A stretch of 64,000 nt of DNA, taken from NCBI GenBank assembly GCA_000004985.1, contig GG738868.1, one strand, 5' to 3'. This stretch comes from Naegleria gruberi (Eukaryota). Both the position numbers and the translations under genes were made by a program. Below the pieces are notes generated by a model that ran no database searches, was not told the DNA's origin, and was given only the letters and a program-made list of their open reading frames with translations. Shown one piece after another: positions 20,207-31,837 of the stretch; the first letter of the stretch is position 1, and each line of letters begins with the position of its first letter.

Positions 20207-22463
20207 TTAATGTAATTGACCATCTTGTGTATCCAAATCAATATTGGATGATATTTCAGATCTAGTATCACCAAAATCAGAGTATGAACTATATAAAGGT
20301 TGTTTCAAACTGGATGAATCAAGTGAATTGGCAAATTCTTTAACTTCATCTCCTCCAACTTCGTCCCTCTCCCTAACAGAAGGCCAAACTCCAAATATTA
20401 CAAATACAAATAAACATGAGATGACCAACATCCACCCCAAAACAAGTGACAAAATGTCATATTCATAAACAATCTTTCCATCAGGTGATTGATTTCTATG
20501 ATTGGTAGAAAATGGTTGAATGCACTCAGTTACAATATTCCAAACAACGAGTATGAATAATAGAACAGGTCCAATGTACTTGATGGAAATGCTCCACAAA
20601 ATGTAAGGTCCAAATGAAGTTTCCTTGGAGAATCGTTCCCTTACATGTTCAATAGAAAAGAAGGAAACCTGTTTGAAATTATTCCAATTCTTTTCCAAAC
20701 GGAATTGATTCCAACGTTTTGAAAAGTATTGGCAAATAGAAATCCAATAGGTTATTGATTTGGTTCTTCTGAGTGCCTTTTTCTTTTTTCTATTGACTCC
20801 TCCATCTTGGTTGGAAGAGAACCATCCAATCATGACACATTCCATCATGGCAATCATTCCCATTCCATAATTTCCAACATAGTGATCTACAATTTCCAAA
20901 ATATAATACCCATTGGAGAGTGTGAATGGCACTGCAATCACACAAATGAGACAAACCACAATAATTGAAACAACTAATCGTCTGGTATTTCTACGAGGTA
21001 TTTGATTCTTGACAATATCAATCATGGACTCTACAAAACACATTATACTGTTAAATCCAACAAAGACTAGAGAAAGCAAGAGAATGAACACAAAAATTTG
21101 TGGTGTTGGGAATAATCTAGAAACTACTTCAATCATGACGAATAGAGGACTCGCAATCGCAGGAGTAAAGAGTGAATTGATTTCATAAGGACTGGTCCTA
21201 GTAGTCGAAAGATAACCTAAACTAGCATAATAGGTCAATCCACTAATTAAGGAAAATAACAATCCAAAGAAAATGATAGTCCACGAAGTGAAAATAGTAT
21301 CCTTCTTCGTCTTGTACTGTGAAGCATGAATAGCAAGAGCACCATTGGCAATACCATATGTGAAACATAATTGTCCAAAAGCTCCCAACCATAAATCTCC
21401 CTTTGCTAATAAGCTCCAATTTGGTCTGAGGAATTGCAACATTCCTGAACTAGCTCCAATTTCCAATGACACTCTAACCAATACAACAATCATAACCACC
21501 AGATACGACAAGCTCAATAATGAAATGATGACTCGAGAAAATCTATTGATGTACTGGGCAAAAACGAGCCAATAGGTAAGAAACCAGAAACAAACTAGAG
21601 AAACCAGTATTGGCCATGAAAGGAATCCTGAAAGATCAAATGAGTGATCTGAGAGATGCAATATTTCATCGTGAAAGAAGGTTTCTGGTTTATCAGACCA
21701 TGGAAATCTATATTTTCATCCAAAATATTGAAAAACAATGTTTCCAATTCAAATTAAATTGAAATACGTACTGTTCCATAAAAACATATCCAAAATAAGT
21801 TGCAATCCAACAAGTAATCACAGAATAATAAGAAGCAATAATCAAACTTCCAAAAACAATTGCTGCCATTCCAATTCCACTAGCTCTCCTATTCCACCTT
21901 CCCAATGCAAAGACAATCGATTGCTTGGCAATAGAACCCAATGTGAAATCCAAAATAATCAAAGGAGCTCCAATGATCACTAATAATACAATATATGGTA
22001 TAAAGAATGCACCTCCCTCGAATTGGTGCACTAAATAAGGGAATCTAATAACACTTCCAAACGTCATTGAGAATCCCACTGTTAAAATCAATGATTCCAA
22101 CATTCTTGCAATGACAAGGCTCTTCTTTTCATGTACAACAGAATTGCCTTGATCATTAGCAGCAGATGAGTAATAGTACAATGATGTCTGGTTATTTCCT
22201 CCGATTCCATGTTTGACAAACTTGTCATCAGCACCATGAGCACCACCACCATCATTAATACTCATCATTGAAGGAGAAGAATTTACAAAATGATTAGATG
22301 ATGAAATTCTGTGATTTGTTGATGGCTTATCTTCATGACTATCAATGGAACCATAATGAGTGGTGGGAATGTAATTGTGTTGTGAGGATTGCGAAAGGGC
22401 CCTTCCTCTCTGCTTATCATAATATTCATCATCATCATAATACAATTGATTATTATTCATCAT
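20207..22463 (-). CDS. SLC6 (SNF) sodium-dependent neurotransmitter/amino-acid transporter, 2 exons
   Basis: Exons 21772..22463 and 20207..21707, with a 64-nt intron 21708..21771 (GTACGT...ATATAG). The phase was checked: 692 nt, then 2+1501 nt. TM1 signature IRFPYLVHQFEGGAFFIPYIVLLVIIGAPLIILDFTLG (compare [22 protein letters not shown]). Downstream is a polytopic region ...GAFGQLCFTYGIANGALAIHASQ..., about 730 aa in total. Confidence 0.85.
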
Positions 22464-23119
22464 CTTGTGTTATTATGTACAATTATGTGTTCCGGTGATG
22501 AATTTGTTATTAAATTAAAATTATAAATATATTCTCTCAATAGAAGTATAAAATCCTTCTATGAATTATTATTGTGTAATAACAAGAAGTTTCCCTGATT
22601 GAAACTCTAATGAGAATCTTGACAAAAAAACTTTGAAAAAAAGGCGCCAAAGTGGAGATGTTTTTTTAGCTTTGGAAAGAAGAGAGAAAATCTTGGAAGA
22701 AAATCTTGCAAAGTTCCAAAAAACTGTAGTTGGTTTGAAATTCTCTGCTAAATGAAAGGTTCCTTATTACAACTTGAAATGCTGCTGAGAATATAATGGA
22801 AACAAGATGGACACTTTACAATGCTTTACAAAATTCAACGATTATCTTTTCATTTCACAAATTTTCCTTAATGATCAATATGAATTCAACAGCTCTTAGT
22901 TTTTCCTAATCAGTTCAATTCCACGCCATAGCACAACGACTAGCATTGATCCGTTACCACACAACAATCTGCATGCACTAAATTTCCCGCCAAAATAAAA
23001 ACCAATAATCAAAGCCTTGCTCAATCCAAAGCAATAGCAAAAAAAAATGAGCGCCAACAATACTAAACAACTTTGCTGTTCAACTCTTCGAGATTGCTCA
23101 CTTGAAAAGTGCTGGGGAG

Positions 23120-23716
23120 ATGAGTGCTCGGGCCTTTGAGGAAGATCCAGGCTGTTCATACATGTTTGTTGATTTTGAAGGAAAGGCCAAGTTGGATATT
23201 TTAGCTTGGTTCTGGGAAAGATATTTGTGGTTGAGTGTTGCTTTTAATCCTGAGAATTATGTAATTATGAATGGAGAGGATGTGATTGCCGAGACATGTA
23301 TTTTGTTTCATGATGGACATGTGGTCACATTTTGGGATAAGATGAGAGCTGGAATTTTGAAGATGCCATTCGTGGCTGGCATGAACGCTGTCAATAGAAT
23401 GTTGAAGAATGGAAATTTATCATTGGAAGATGATATATTGTGGGGGAAACTTGGATTGGACAAGACTAAATTCTCAAAAATTGAACATGTTGCTGTGGAT
23501 CCTAAATTTCAAGGAAGAGGACTTGGAAGAAAGATTGTCGAACATAGTATTGAGAGAATTAGACAGAAGGGATATTCTGGATGTTTTTTGGGAACTCAGA
23601 AAAAGGCAAATGTTGATTTTTACACCAAATTAGGATTTGAAAAGGTTGGAGAACAATTAGTTGATGAAACTGCTGAAGATTCTCCTTATAAGTATCTCAT
23701 GTTGATGAAATTTTAA
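23120..23716 (+). CDS. GNAT-family N-acetyltransferase
   Basis: The table ORF starts at TTG 23102; the first ATG is 23120 (MSARAFEEDPG...). Acetyl-CoA-binding motif A: HVAVDPKFQGRGLGRKIVEHSIERIRQKGYSGCFLGT (Q/RxxGxG/A), followed by FYTKLGFEKVGE. Confidence 0.7.
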   Translation: MSARAFEEDPGCSYMFVDFEGKAKLDILAWFWERYLWLSVAFNPENYVIMNGEDVIAETCILFHDGHVVTFWDKMRAGILKMPFVAGMNAVNRMLKNGNLSLEDDILWGKLGLDKTKFSKIEHVAVDPKFQGRGLGRKIVEHSIERIRQKGYSGCFLGTQKKANVDFYTKLGFEKVGEQLVDETAEDSPYKYLMLMKF

Positions 23717-23812
23717 AATCACCTCCATTCCTTAATATTAATTATTTAATTATTTATAGAATTAATTATTTAATAATTGTAAATTATCCACAAAATTAAT
23801 TTATTAAAAAAA

Positions 23813-25597
23813 ATGCTCAACAATAATCAGGCAATTACTACGAATACAAATCCACGAGTACTTTGCACATGTTTGTATCGTGCTCTGTGTGGAATGAATT
23901 CATCAACAAGACTCAAATTAAATAATGAACAAGATCCGAAGGCTTTTCTCAGATCAAGTTGTTTATTTACATTCATAGGAAGATCGGATGGAACAATTTC
24001 TATTTGGATTAATGATAGAGAGGAGTTTGTTTTGGATTTGATGAAAGAATTTTCTAAAGGCTCGATAAAGAAGAATTTAATGCCGAATGAAATTTTGATT
24101 TTGGAAAATGTTTCCATGAAGAATAATAACAAATCTAATTTGATAGTTCATTCTTTTACTATGATTGTGAATAGTAGATACTCGGAAGGTGGAGGAAGTG
24201 TTCATATATTTCAAATTGATATTTTGAAAGGAGAAGGTGATAAAAGATTTAATTTAACAATTTCCAAGTGGAATAAGTTATGCAATGGAAAGAATCTTAT
24301 TGGATTGAAAGTATTAAATTGGAGTAAAATGGTTGGAAAGAAGAAGGTTATTGATAGATATTTGGTGGGAATAACTCTGAGTGGAGAAATGATGATTTGG
24401 GAGGAGAAGAATTTAGAAAAGCCACTTGAAATAGTGCCATTAGATTTGGAGTCAATTGTTGTTGATTTTGGTTTGTGTGATAATGCAGAACTAGGAGAAA
24501 ATGAAAGGAGAGGAGCTGTAATGGTGGTTTTAGATTCACAACAAAATTTAAAGTGTATCAGTCTTGATATTTGTGCAAAGAATGCAATAACTATTAATGA
24601 TAATTGCAATATTTCGTTGAATATCAAATCAGTAATTACAAAGATAACATCTTTAAACAGTTCTGTATTTATTTATGAAAAATCCAATCAGACACACATA
24701 ATATCCAATCAACAAGAACAACAAATTAATATTTCATCAATGGAAGGAACTTTATTGAGAGAAATGAATGAAACACCACTCAATTTGGATACTATTTTGA
24801 AAATTATTGAACATGATGAAAATTCAATTCTAAAATTTAATATTACTAGAGATGGAATGTACATTCATCTTATTAACAAATCAAATCAATTATTAATTCT
24901 TGAAAGAGACGATTCAGCATATGCCCCTCTTTTCAAACTTGATTTAAGTGATTCCAAGTCAGCAAGTGCAATTTCATTCACAAGACAATCAGAATTCATA
25001 CAAATCATTCCAGCTAACTTACTTTCCAGATTCCTCTACACAAATCCAGTTTGCATTCTCTCGAGTAATCATGAAAACAAGAGAAATCTCATGACCATTA
25101 CTTGGCTCACACCTACCGACAATTCTGCTCATTTCATTTGCAGTATGAACAAGTCCAGACACTCGGCTTCACTCGTTCGAAGGAGTAAACAATTCACCCT
25201 CAATATTCCAACTCTTCCATTGGCAGATTATGTTTTGAAAATTGGAGGATGTTCAGGATCTGAAATAGACAAGTTTGCAACCTTTGTGAATAGTGACCAT
25301 TCAACACCTAACAACATGAAACCACTCACCTTAATAGAAAGAAGAAATTCTAATGGCCTCTTCCATTGCTTTGAGGAATGTTGTGCACACTTGTGTTGCG
25401 TTATTGAGAAGGAAATGGAAGAAACATGTCCAGGTCATCATTTATTTTATTGCAGAATTGTTGAAGGTTATGTGAAGGAAGGATATTGGAAAGATGGAAA
25501 ACAATTCATTCACATCAATGATTCTTATCCTCCATATCTTTCCTTTTTAGGATCTCAAGAATTTGCCCTAACAAGTTTGAATTCTTCAATTAAATAA
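23813..25597 (+). CDS. protein with C-terminal flavin-reductase-like (FMN-binding split-barrel) domain; N-terminal about 400 aa unassigned
   Basis: The C-terminal region NPVCILSSNHENKRNLMTITWLTPTDNSAHFICSMNKSRHSASLVRRSKQFTLNIPTLPLADYVLKIGGCSGSEIDKFATF resembles HpaC/flavin-reductase-like domains (V..s....N.MT.sw...vs..PP......S.T...I...g.F.vN.L......l...c.......DKF). Confidence 0.5.
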   Translation: MLNNNQAITTNTNPRVLCTCLYRALCGMNSSTRLKLNNEQDPKAFLRSSCLFTFIGRSDGTISIWINDREEFVLDLMKEFSKGSIKKNLMPNEILILENVSMKNNNKSNLIVHSFTMIVNSRYSEGGGSVHIFQIDILKGEGDKRFNLTISKWNKLCNGKNLIGLKVLNWSKMVGKKKVIDRYLVGITLSGEMMIWEEKNLEKPLEIVPLDLESIVVDFGLCDNAELGENERRGAVMVVLDSQQNLKCISLDICAKNAITINDNCNISLNIKSVITKITSLNSSVFIYEKSNQTHIISNQQEQQINISSMEGTLLREMNETPLNLDTILKIIEHDENSILKFNITRDGMYIHLINKSNQLLILERDDSAYAPLFKLDLSDSKSASAISFTRQSEFIQIIPANLLSRFLYTNPVCILSSNHENKRNLMTITWLTPTDNSAHFICSMNKSRHSASLVRRSKQFTLNIPTLPLADYVLKIGGCSGSEIDKFATFVNSDHSTPNNMKPLTLIERRNSNGLFHCFEECCAHLCCVIEKEMEETCPGHHLFYCRIVEGYVKEGYWKDGKQFIHINDSYPPYLSFLGSQEFALTSLNSSIK

Positions 25598-25629
25598 TTT
25601 ATCTAATATTTACAATAATTTACAAAATA

Positions 25630-26451
25630 TTATTGTTGTGGAAACCAAGGAATAAAGCTCGAAGTCTTTCGAATATATTCAACATATTCAGGTCTCTTTT
25701 CCTTCAAGTGTTTTTCTAAGAGTGGTCTTCCAGTAACATTCATTAACAAGTAAACCATGGCAATTGGACCCAAGAATAAGTGATACCACGAGACTGCAAA
25801 ATTAATTCCCAAACTCATCACTCCAAATCCAATCCAAACCATAGAATCTCCAAAATAATTTGGATGTCTTGTATATCTCCATAATCCAGTATTTAAAACC
25901 TTTCCCTTATTTTCAGGTTTAGATTTGAATGATTCCAATTGTAAATCTCCAAAAGTTTCAAATAAAACTCCAATCAACCAACAAATAGCATCAATCCAAA
26001 ACACTGCGGAACTAGTCAACTCACTTCTCAATGTTTGACACAACACACTTTGTACAACCTGTGAAAATATCCAAATCAACAATCCCTGCAACCAAAACAC
26101 CTTCATCAAACTCTTCCACCAATAACTCTCTGGATCATTCTTTCTGAAATTGGCATATCTATAATCCTCATGCTCAACCCCCTCTCTCACAAATCTCCTC
26201 CCCAAATACAAACTCAATCTCAACCCCCAAGCCATCATCATCCCGATCAACATCCACTGATGAACATTCCACGAATAATCATTCACCATCAAATGCACCA
26301 ACCCAACAAGAACAAATCCAAACCCCCAGAACGGATCAATTATTGCTGTATTCTTCAATCGCACTGAAAGAAGCCACAACAGTGAAACAGCCAACACGAC
26401 AACGATCAAGGCTAAAAGACGCGGCGAAGAGGAACTTTCAAATTCTTGCAT
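25630..26451 (-). CDS. DUF1295-family polytopic membrane protein (steroid 5-alpha-reductase / ICMT-like fold)
   Basis: The table start is TTG at 26544; the first ATG is 26449-26451 (MQEFESSSSPRLLALIVVVLAVSLLWL...). The conserved C-terminal motif GLWRYTRHPNYFGDSMVWIGFG is typical of DUF1295 and related reductases. Confidence 0.65.
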   Translation of the reverse strand: MQEFESSSSPRLLALIVVVLAVSLLWLLSVRLKNTAIIDPFWGFGFVLVGLVHLMVNDYSWNVHQWMLIGMMMAWGLRLSLYLGRRFVREGVEHEDYRYANFRKNDPESYWWKSLMKVFWLQGLLIWIFSQVVQSVLCQTLRSELTSSAVFWIDAICWLIGVLFETFGDLQLESFKSKPENKGKVLNTGLWRYTRHPNYFGDSMVWIGFGVMSLGINFAVSWYHLFLGPIAMVYLLMNVTGRPLLEKHLKEKRPEYVEYIRKTSSFIPWFPQQ

Positions 26452-26736
26452 TTTTTTAAGATTGTTTTTTTGAGATTGATTCTTTTTGGCGCGCTTTTTA
26501 AATTGTTTCTCAAGTTCAAGTTTAAATATTTTTGACTTATTCAATTGTAATACTTGAAGATGTTAAATGGTATTTTTTAAATAGAGTATATTACAATGTT
26601 TTTACAGTAAATATTTTGTAAAGTATTTAATGAAGAAGTTTCTTTTCTGAACTGTAGTTAATGAGGAAGATTTTTGAGTGCAATCTTACGCAGCCGTTAT
26701 TTCCATAAAAGTTTCGTCCAATGAGATGAAAAAAAA

Positions 26737-26792
26737 TTTCTGCGTCTTACTGGATACACACAATCGAATTTCTGCGTCTTACTGGATACACA
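26737..26792. repeat. perfect 24-nt direct repeat x2 (tttctgcgtcttactggatacaca) separated by 8 nt, about 40 nt upstream of the predicted ATG of the 7TM-RGS gene
   Basis: Copies at 26737-26760 and 26769-26792 are identical in sequence; the spacer is caatcgaa. Confidence 0.8.
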
Positions 26793-26829
26793 GTCGCTTT
26801 GTGTTAAAAATTGTCAAGAAATTAAAAAA

Positions 26830-28948
26830 ATGGCCTCTCCAACAGTTCTTTTATCAACAACAAGGGCACTTTTGTTTCTTTCATTTCTTTTTGGTATCCA
26901 CCACTTTCGAATACATAAATGCCACCAATCAAGATCCATTCTTCTTATTTCTCGATAGTAACTTGTATACGGGACATGCATGGTCTGGATTACATGCTTT
27001 TTATTGGAAAGACTCTTTCAATTTTACGGATTCGGCAAGTTTCGTAAAGTATATGCAACAAGAACAAAATATCAAGGTTGCATTCATGGGAGATGATGAT
27101 TACAGAAATTATCTTCAAAAAATGTGGAGCGACTATTCGAAACTATATCAATTAGAAAATCTGCAATTTACCTATCTTCCAACAAGTGTTGGAACTTGCT
27201 TGACATATCATCCATTCGATGATTTTGATATTCTTATTTCATTGGATAGTTCTTTCTATGTTTCTATTCGAAAGTTCAATACTGGAAGAAGGAAACCTGA
27301 TGGTCAACTCTATAATTTTACCGATTTTTCATCAGTTTATTTGGATGCACCATTTGCCTTATATCAATACGATTCGGATAACAGTACAGGGTATCAATAC
27401 TATTCGAAACCTAATTGTACGAATGTCCAATTAGTTGCTGCCTATGAATCAGAAGTGCATATGAGTTATCTCTATTTGAAAAGAAATAATTCACTTTTAT
27501 CAGAAAGAGAAATTGAGTTTCTAAAATTTGCAAATTCCTTGACGAATCTCAAAACAATTTCTTCTACAATGCAAGAAAGAGCAAATATGGAGAAGGCATA
27601 TGGATTTGGAAATAATTCCTCTTTAGAATATTATCATTCATTATTCATGCCAGATTGTCAATGTGCGAATTCTGCATGTGCTTCAATTTCTTTTCAAGAA
27701 TCAGATTATTGGATTATACCAGCTGTAGCTTTGATAGTGGTGCATTATTTGGTATTATTCATTTCGAAATCTTTCTTGACACCTTCCTTAAAAAGTAGAC
27801 TTTTAATTCCATATTTGCCATTTATAGTAATATTTTTTGAAGCTAATAATTTTGGATTAATTTATAACTTGTGTTTTTATCCAAGAATGTTAATTTTTTC
27901 ATTTGTTATTACTTGGTACATTATGATCTATTCCTTGACAATTATAAGAATTTACTATTTAAGAAATTTATATCATTTACTTTCCAAAAATAGAAAGAAT
28001 ATTGAAAAGAAACTTAGGTTTCAGAAAACAATTTCAGGTCCTCTCATAGGTCTACTATTCACTTTTGTGGGCGGATTTGCTCTATGTGCCTTCCTTTCCC
28101 TTCCATTTTACTTTGTCTTTATGTACATCCCAATTGGAAACGCAATTTACGTGAATATAATTATTGGAATTTATGTTGCAGTTGCATGTTTGGTGGGTTT
28201 ATTGGCAATTGGCGCCGATTTGATATTTAATAGGAAGAAGATTAAGGAGAAGGGATTGAGATACTTGTTCTTCTTTGATGATCCTTATATGATTCGTATA
28301 GAGTTGATTCTAATTTCCATGATTATTGTTTCGATTATTATTGTATCGACGATACCTAATTCACATGGAGCCAGATTCGTTTCTTTTGTGATTTATGTTT
28401 GCATTGTGTTGATATCAGGAGGAATGGCCACACTCAAGAATATCTTCAACAAGATTCTGATAACTATTCGAAAGAATAAGGCAAATCACCACACAAAAGA
28501 TGAAATTGAAATCATGTTACAAAACTCTGATTTTAGAAATATTTTAAGAGAATACTGCACCAAAGAAATGTCTTTGGAAAATTTCAACATTTTCACACAA
28601 TTATTAGAAATGAAGGAAAAGAAAATTAATCTAACTTTTGAAATATTGAAAAATATTGAGGAACAATACATGGCACTGAATTCCTTATTCGAATTGAATG
28701 TTCCTTCTCATGTAAGAAGGGAATTTTATGTATTTTTGAAAGAAATGGAAAGTGGAAATAATTCGAAAGAAAACGAATTGAAGGAAAGTAAGGAAGAATC
28801 AAATTCCAATTTGGATAGATTAAATCTCATTCTGAAAGATTCAATTTTGCAAAATCTTGGAGATACACTCTCAAGATTAGAAACAACAAAGGAATATGAA
28901 ATATGGAATGAAATTTATTCGATTCAATCCAAAACCTTACAACAATAA
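26830..28948 (+). CDS. 7TM-RGS protein (signal peptide, N-terminal ectodomain, 7 TM helices, C-terminal RGS domain)
   Basis: The table ORF 26678..28948 starts at GTG and lacks a signal peptide. The +1 frame has ATG 26830 encoding MASPTVLLSTTRALLFLSFLF. A 40-nt intron 26894..26933 (GTATCC...CAAG, phase 1) joins it to the main frame (D-PFFLFLDSNLYTGHAW...). Seven hydrophobic helices span about aa 340-640. C-terminal RGS-like segment: NSDFRNILREYCTKEMSLENFNIFTQLLEMKE...IEEQYMALNSLFELNVPSHVRREF (compare RGS F..F..SEFSEENL.FW...E.Y......P.EVN). Confidence 0.6.
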
Positions 28949-29089
28949 AGTCAAAAGATTATCAAGAACAATTATTACAACAATAAACTTCTTTTTTCAA
29001 AGTGTGATTCTTGAAAAATGGAAATATTTCTGATATTTTAATTTTAAATGAAATTTAACATTTCTATTTTAGTAAATTCGAATATTTGA

Positions 29090-29974
29090 TCAAAGTTTGA
29101 AATTGAGAAATAAATTAGTTTGGTTTGTTTCATTTTGTGAAAATCCATTAGAAAGAAGATTAGTTTCTTTATGTAAAAATTCAGCGAACGTATCAAACCA
29201 AGAATATGTAAGAAACCCCAAATCCTCTTCTCTAGTGCAAAAATCCAATGAATTGTCAGTAAATGAAACTCTGCTGTTTCCAGAATATTCCTCATTTTGC
29301 ATGAAAGCTTGATTCGAATAAGAATGTTCATTCGAATAGATTTGTTCGGTAGATGGAACATGTTCACCAATGTTAGAACATGTAGTATTGTTTTGAATGG
29401 AGGCGTGTTGTTGGTCAAAATCAGAAACGCTTTCGAATGAATTGTTGTTGGAACATGTAAGTGAGATGTTATTCGAAATATTTACATGTTGCTCACTCAA
29501 CTGTTGGCATGGGTTACTTAGTAGCATGTTTGCTTTGATTGGTACTTTGGAGGTTACCACTCGATTAGTTTCTTCCATGTTTCCATTCGAAACTTCTTGT
29601 TGTTCAAGTCTTTGTGTGTCGACCATCTTGTACACAGTTAGGTCATTGTTATGTTTGTTATTGGAAACAGCAAACTCAAAGTAATTATTCAACAGCTTAT
29701 CGTTTTGTAATGTCTTTCTTAATCTTGTGTTTCGAATATTTAATTGACGATTCCTCTTCATGACTTTTGCCTTCTCTTTGACATGGGTAGTTTCGTCCAC
29801 GAAGGACATGCTGCAGCTCTGATTACTGCTAGCTGAAGATTCTTTCCAACAACCATTCACCATTAGGATAAAAAGAGATTCGAAAGTGTTTATATTTTCT
29901 TTTTTTTGAGAGAATATTCTTTCAAATATTCTATTCACTCCAAAAGCCTCAACAATTGGCATCTGCTTACGCAT
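29090..29974 (-). CDS. hypothetical N/S-rich protein with basic stretch (KEKAKVMKRNRQLNIRNTRLRK)
   Basis: The table start is GTG; the first ATG is 29972-29974 (MRKQMPIVEAF...). Low complexity. No family assigned. Confidence 0.3.
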   Translation of the reverse strand: MRKQMPIVEAFGVNRIFERIFSQKKENINTFESLFILMVNGCWKESSASSNQSCSMSFVDETTHVKEKAKVMKRNRQLNIRNTRLRKTLQNDKLLNNYFEFAVSNNKHNNDLTVYKMVDTQRLEQQEVSNGNMEETNRVVTSKVPIKANMLLSNPCQQLSEQHVNISNNISLTCSNNNSFESVSDFDQQHASIQNNTTCSNIGEHVPSTEQIYSNEHSYSNQAFMQNEEYSGNSRVSFTDNSLDFCTREEDLGFLTYSWFDTFAEFLHKETNLLSNGFSQNETNQTNLFLNFKL

Positions 29975-30447
29975 TAATAACACATGAAATTAAACTAATC
30001 ATTATTTCTATTCGAAAAAGGCTCTACCTACCCTAAGAATGCAGCTCAAAATTTCAAATCTTACATCACCTCTAGAATTGTTCAAAGCGATGCCATTACA
30101 ATAAAATTTACAAAAAATGAACTAACTTGTAAATTTGCCGGTTGTGTTTTGGATTTATCATTGTTAGAGGCAAATTAAGCTTCTTCCTCTCACCTAATGA
30201 AGGTGAAGAAGATGAACCTTTGAGATTAATTCTGAAAAAAATTGAAATTAAAAGATGATATGTACCACAGTAGCTTTGATTGCTCACACAAAACAATATT
30301 ATTAAGGAATTCTTTTTCATTCTTTTTTAATTTGCAAATATCTCCCTCATGAACCCAATTACCAATACTACTACTTCTCCTTCTATGATACATTGATAAT
30401 ACTTTATTATTCAATCAATTTCCCAACTCGCTTCTATTATCAAAAAA

Positions 30448-31128
30448 ATGTTCAAGTCTTCCAATCTCAAACTCTTCAAAAATTCTTCTTCCATTCTCCG
30501 TTCCTCATCATCGTCATCACCAATTATTAATAATAATAATATTAATAATTTTAAAAAATATTCAACAACAGCAACAACAATGGAATGGATTCCAGTTTCT
30601 AAGGACGGTCAAGTCAAGAAGAGAATTATTACTCAAGGTTCAGGTGCTGAACTCCCACCACACGGATCAAAGGTCTCTGTTCACTACACTGGTACTTTGA
30701 CTAATGGAAAGAAGTTTGATTCTTCTGTTGATAGAGGCACTCCATTCTCCTTCAACTTGGGTCTCGGACGTATGTAGTATTTATTATTGTGTTGTTTAAC
30801 AGGCTAACTGTGTTTGAATTTGTATTATGATATTATACAAATATTATTATGATATTGGATTTTGTTGATTTATTATTGAATTCAATAATAACGTCGTTTG
30901 ATTATAATATTATTATTGAATAACATCGTTTAATTATAATATATTACTGGCTTAACAACAATAGAGGTTATTAGAGGTTGGGATTTGGGCGTCAAGACCA
31001 TGAAGAAGGGTGAAAAGGCTATTCTTGAAATTCCATCAGAGTACGCATATGGCTCTCAAGAAATTCCAAAGTTAATCCCTGCCAATTCTACTTTGATCTT
31101 TGAAGTTGAATTGTTGTCATGGAAGTAA
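30448..31128 (+). CDS. FKBP-type peptidyl-prolyl cis-trans isomerase (FKBP12-like core), 2 exons
   Basis: Exons 30448..30769 and 30965..31128, with intron 30770..30964 (GTATGT...AATAG, phase 1). The spliced core is [94 protein letters not shown]...[11 protein letters not shown], close to FKBP12 (VHYTG.L.DGKKFDSS.DR..PF.F.LG...VIRGW..GV..M..G......IP...AYG). A 44-aa Ser/Lys/Asn-rich N-terminal extension precedes the core. Confidence 0.85.
30880..30950. repeat. imperfect tandem duplication (about 32-nt unit) inside the FKBP intron
   Basis: aataacgtcgtttgattataatattattattg followed by aataacatcgtttaattataatatattactgg. Confidence 0.5.
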
Positions 31129-31369
31129 ATAATTGGAAAATGATAATAATTAAATATTTAATAAATATTTAAAAATATTTATTTAAAATAATTCAAAAAT
31201 CTGTGGATGGGATTATTCAACATTTGTATCAATGTCGAGGCAAGAGAAGAAGAGGATCAATGGTCAAACAACAACCAATACGCCGATTATTAATCAATAA
31301 TAATATAAATGAACATATTGAACGGATTCATATCAAGAAGGCTGCCGACAAGAATATAGAAACAAAAAA

Positions 31370-31837
31370 ATGTTCAATAAACTTGGAAGCCTTGTCCCAA
31401 GAGGCAACAAAATTCTCTCATCAACGCTATCATCATCAAGAACAAGCATTAAATTAAATAGTATCGGATGTAATAACTTTTCATATTCCTTGACTAGATT
31501 TGATAAAACAAGTGCGGAAACAAAACAAGCACCAACAACAGAGGAAAATACTGTTGCTACCACAACAATAAGTGAAAATACAGAATCAGCAGTTGCTGCT
31601 GCTCCATCGGAAGATAAATCAACACTCACATCAGGAAAATCATATAATGGAATTCCTCTTCATAAACCTCCTCAACACATTAAGAAATTGAGTTTCGTGG
31701 GTGCTTTGGCTAGATATACCTTCTACTTTGTCTTCTTTATTTGGATTTTCAGTGGTTATCCAATTTATACTGCTTGTCAATTCATTTATAGATTAATTCA
31801 TGGAGAACCAGAGCCAGAACCAGTTGATGAAGAATAA
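31370..31837 (+). CDS. hypothetical small membrane protein (basic/Ser-rich N-terminus, one C-terminal TM)
   Basis: ATG at 31370. MFNKLGSLVPRGNKILSSTLSSSRTS is presequence-like. The TM is FYFVFFIWIFSGYPIYTACQFIY. The C-terminus is EPEPEPVDEE. Confidence 0.35.
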   Translation: MFNKLGSLVPRGNKILSSTLSSSRTSIKLNSIGCNNFSYSLTRFDKTSAETKQAPTTEENTVATTTISENTESAVAAAPSEDKSTLTSGKSYNGIPLHKPPQHIKKLSFVGALARYTFYFVFFIWIFSGYPIYTACQFIYRLIHGEPEPEPVDEE

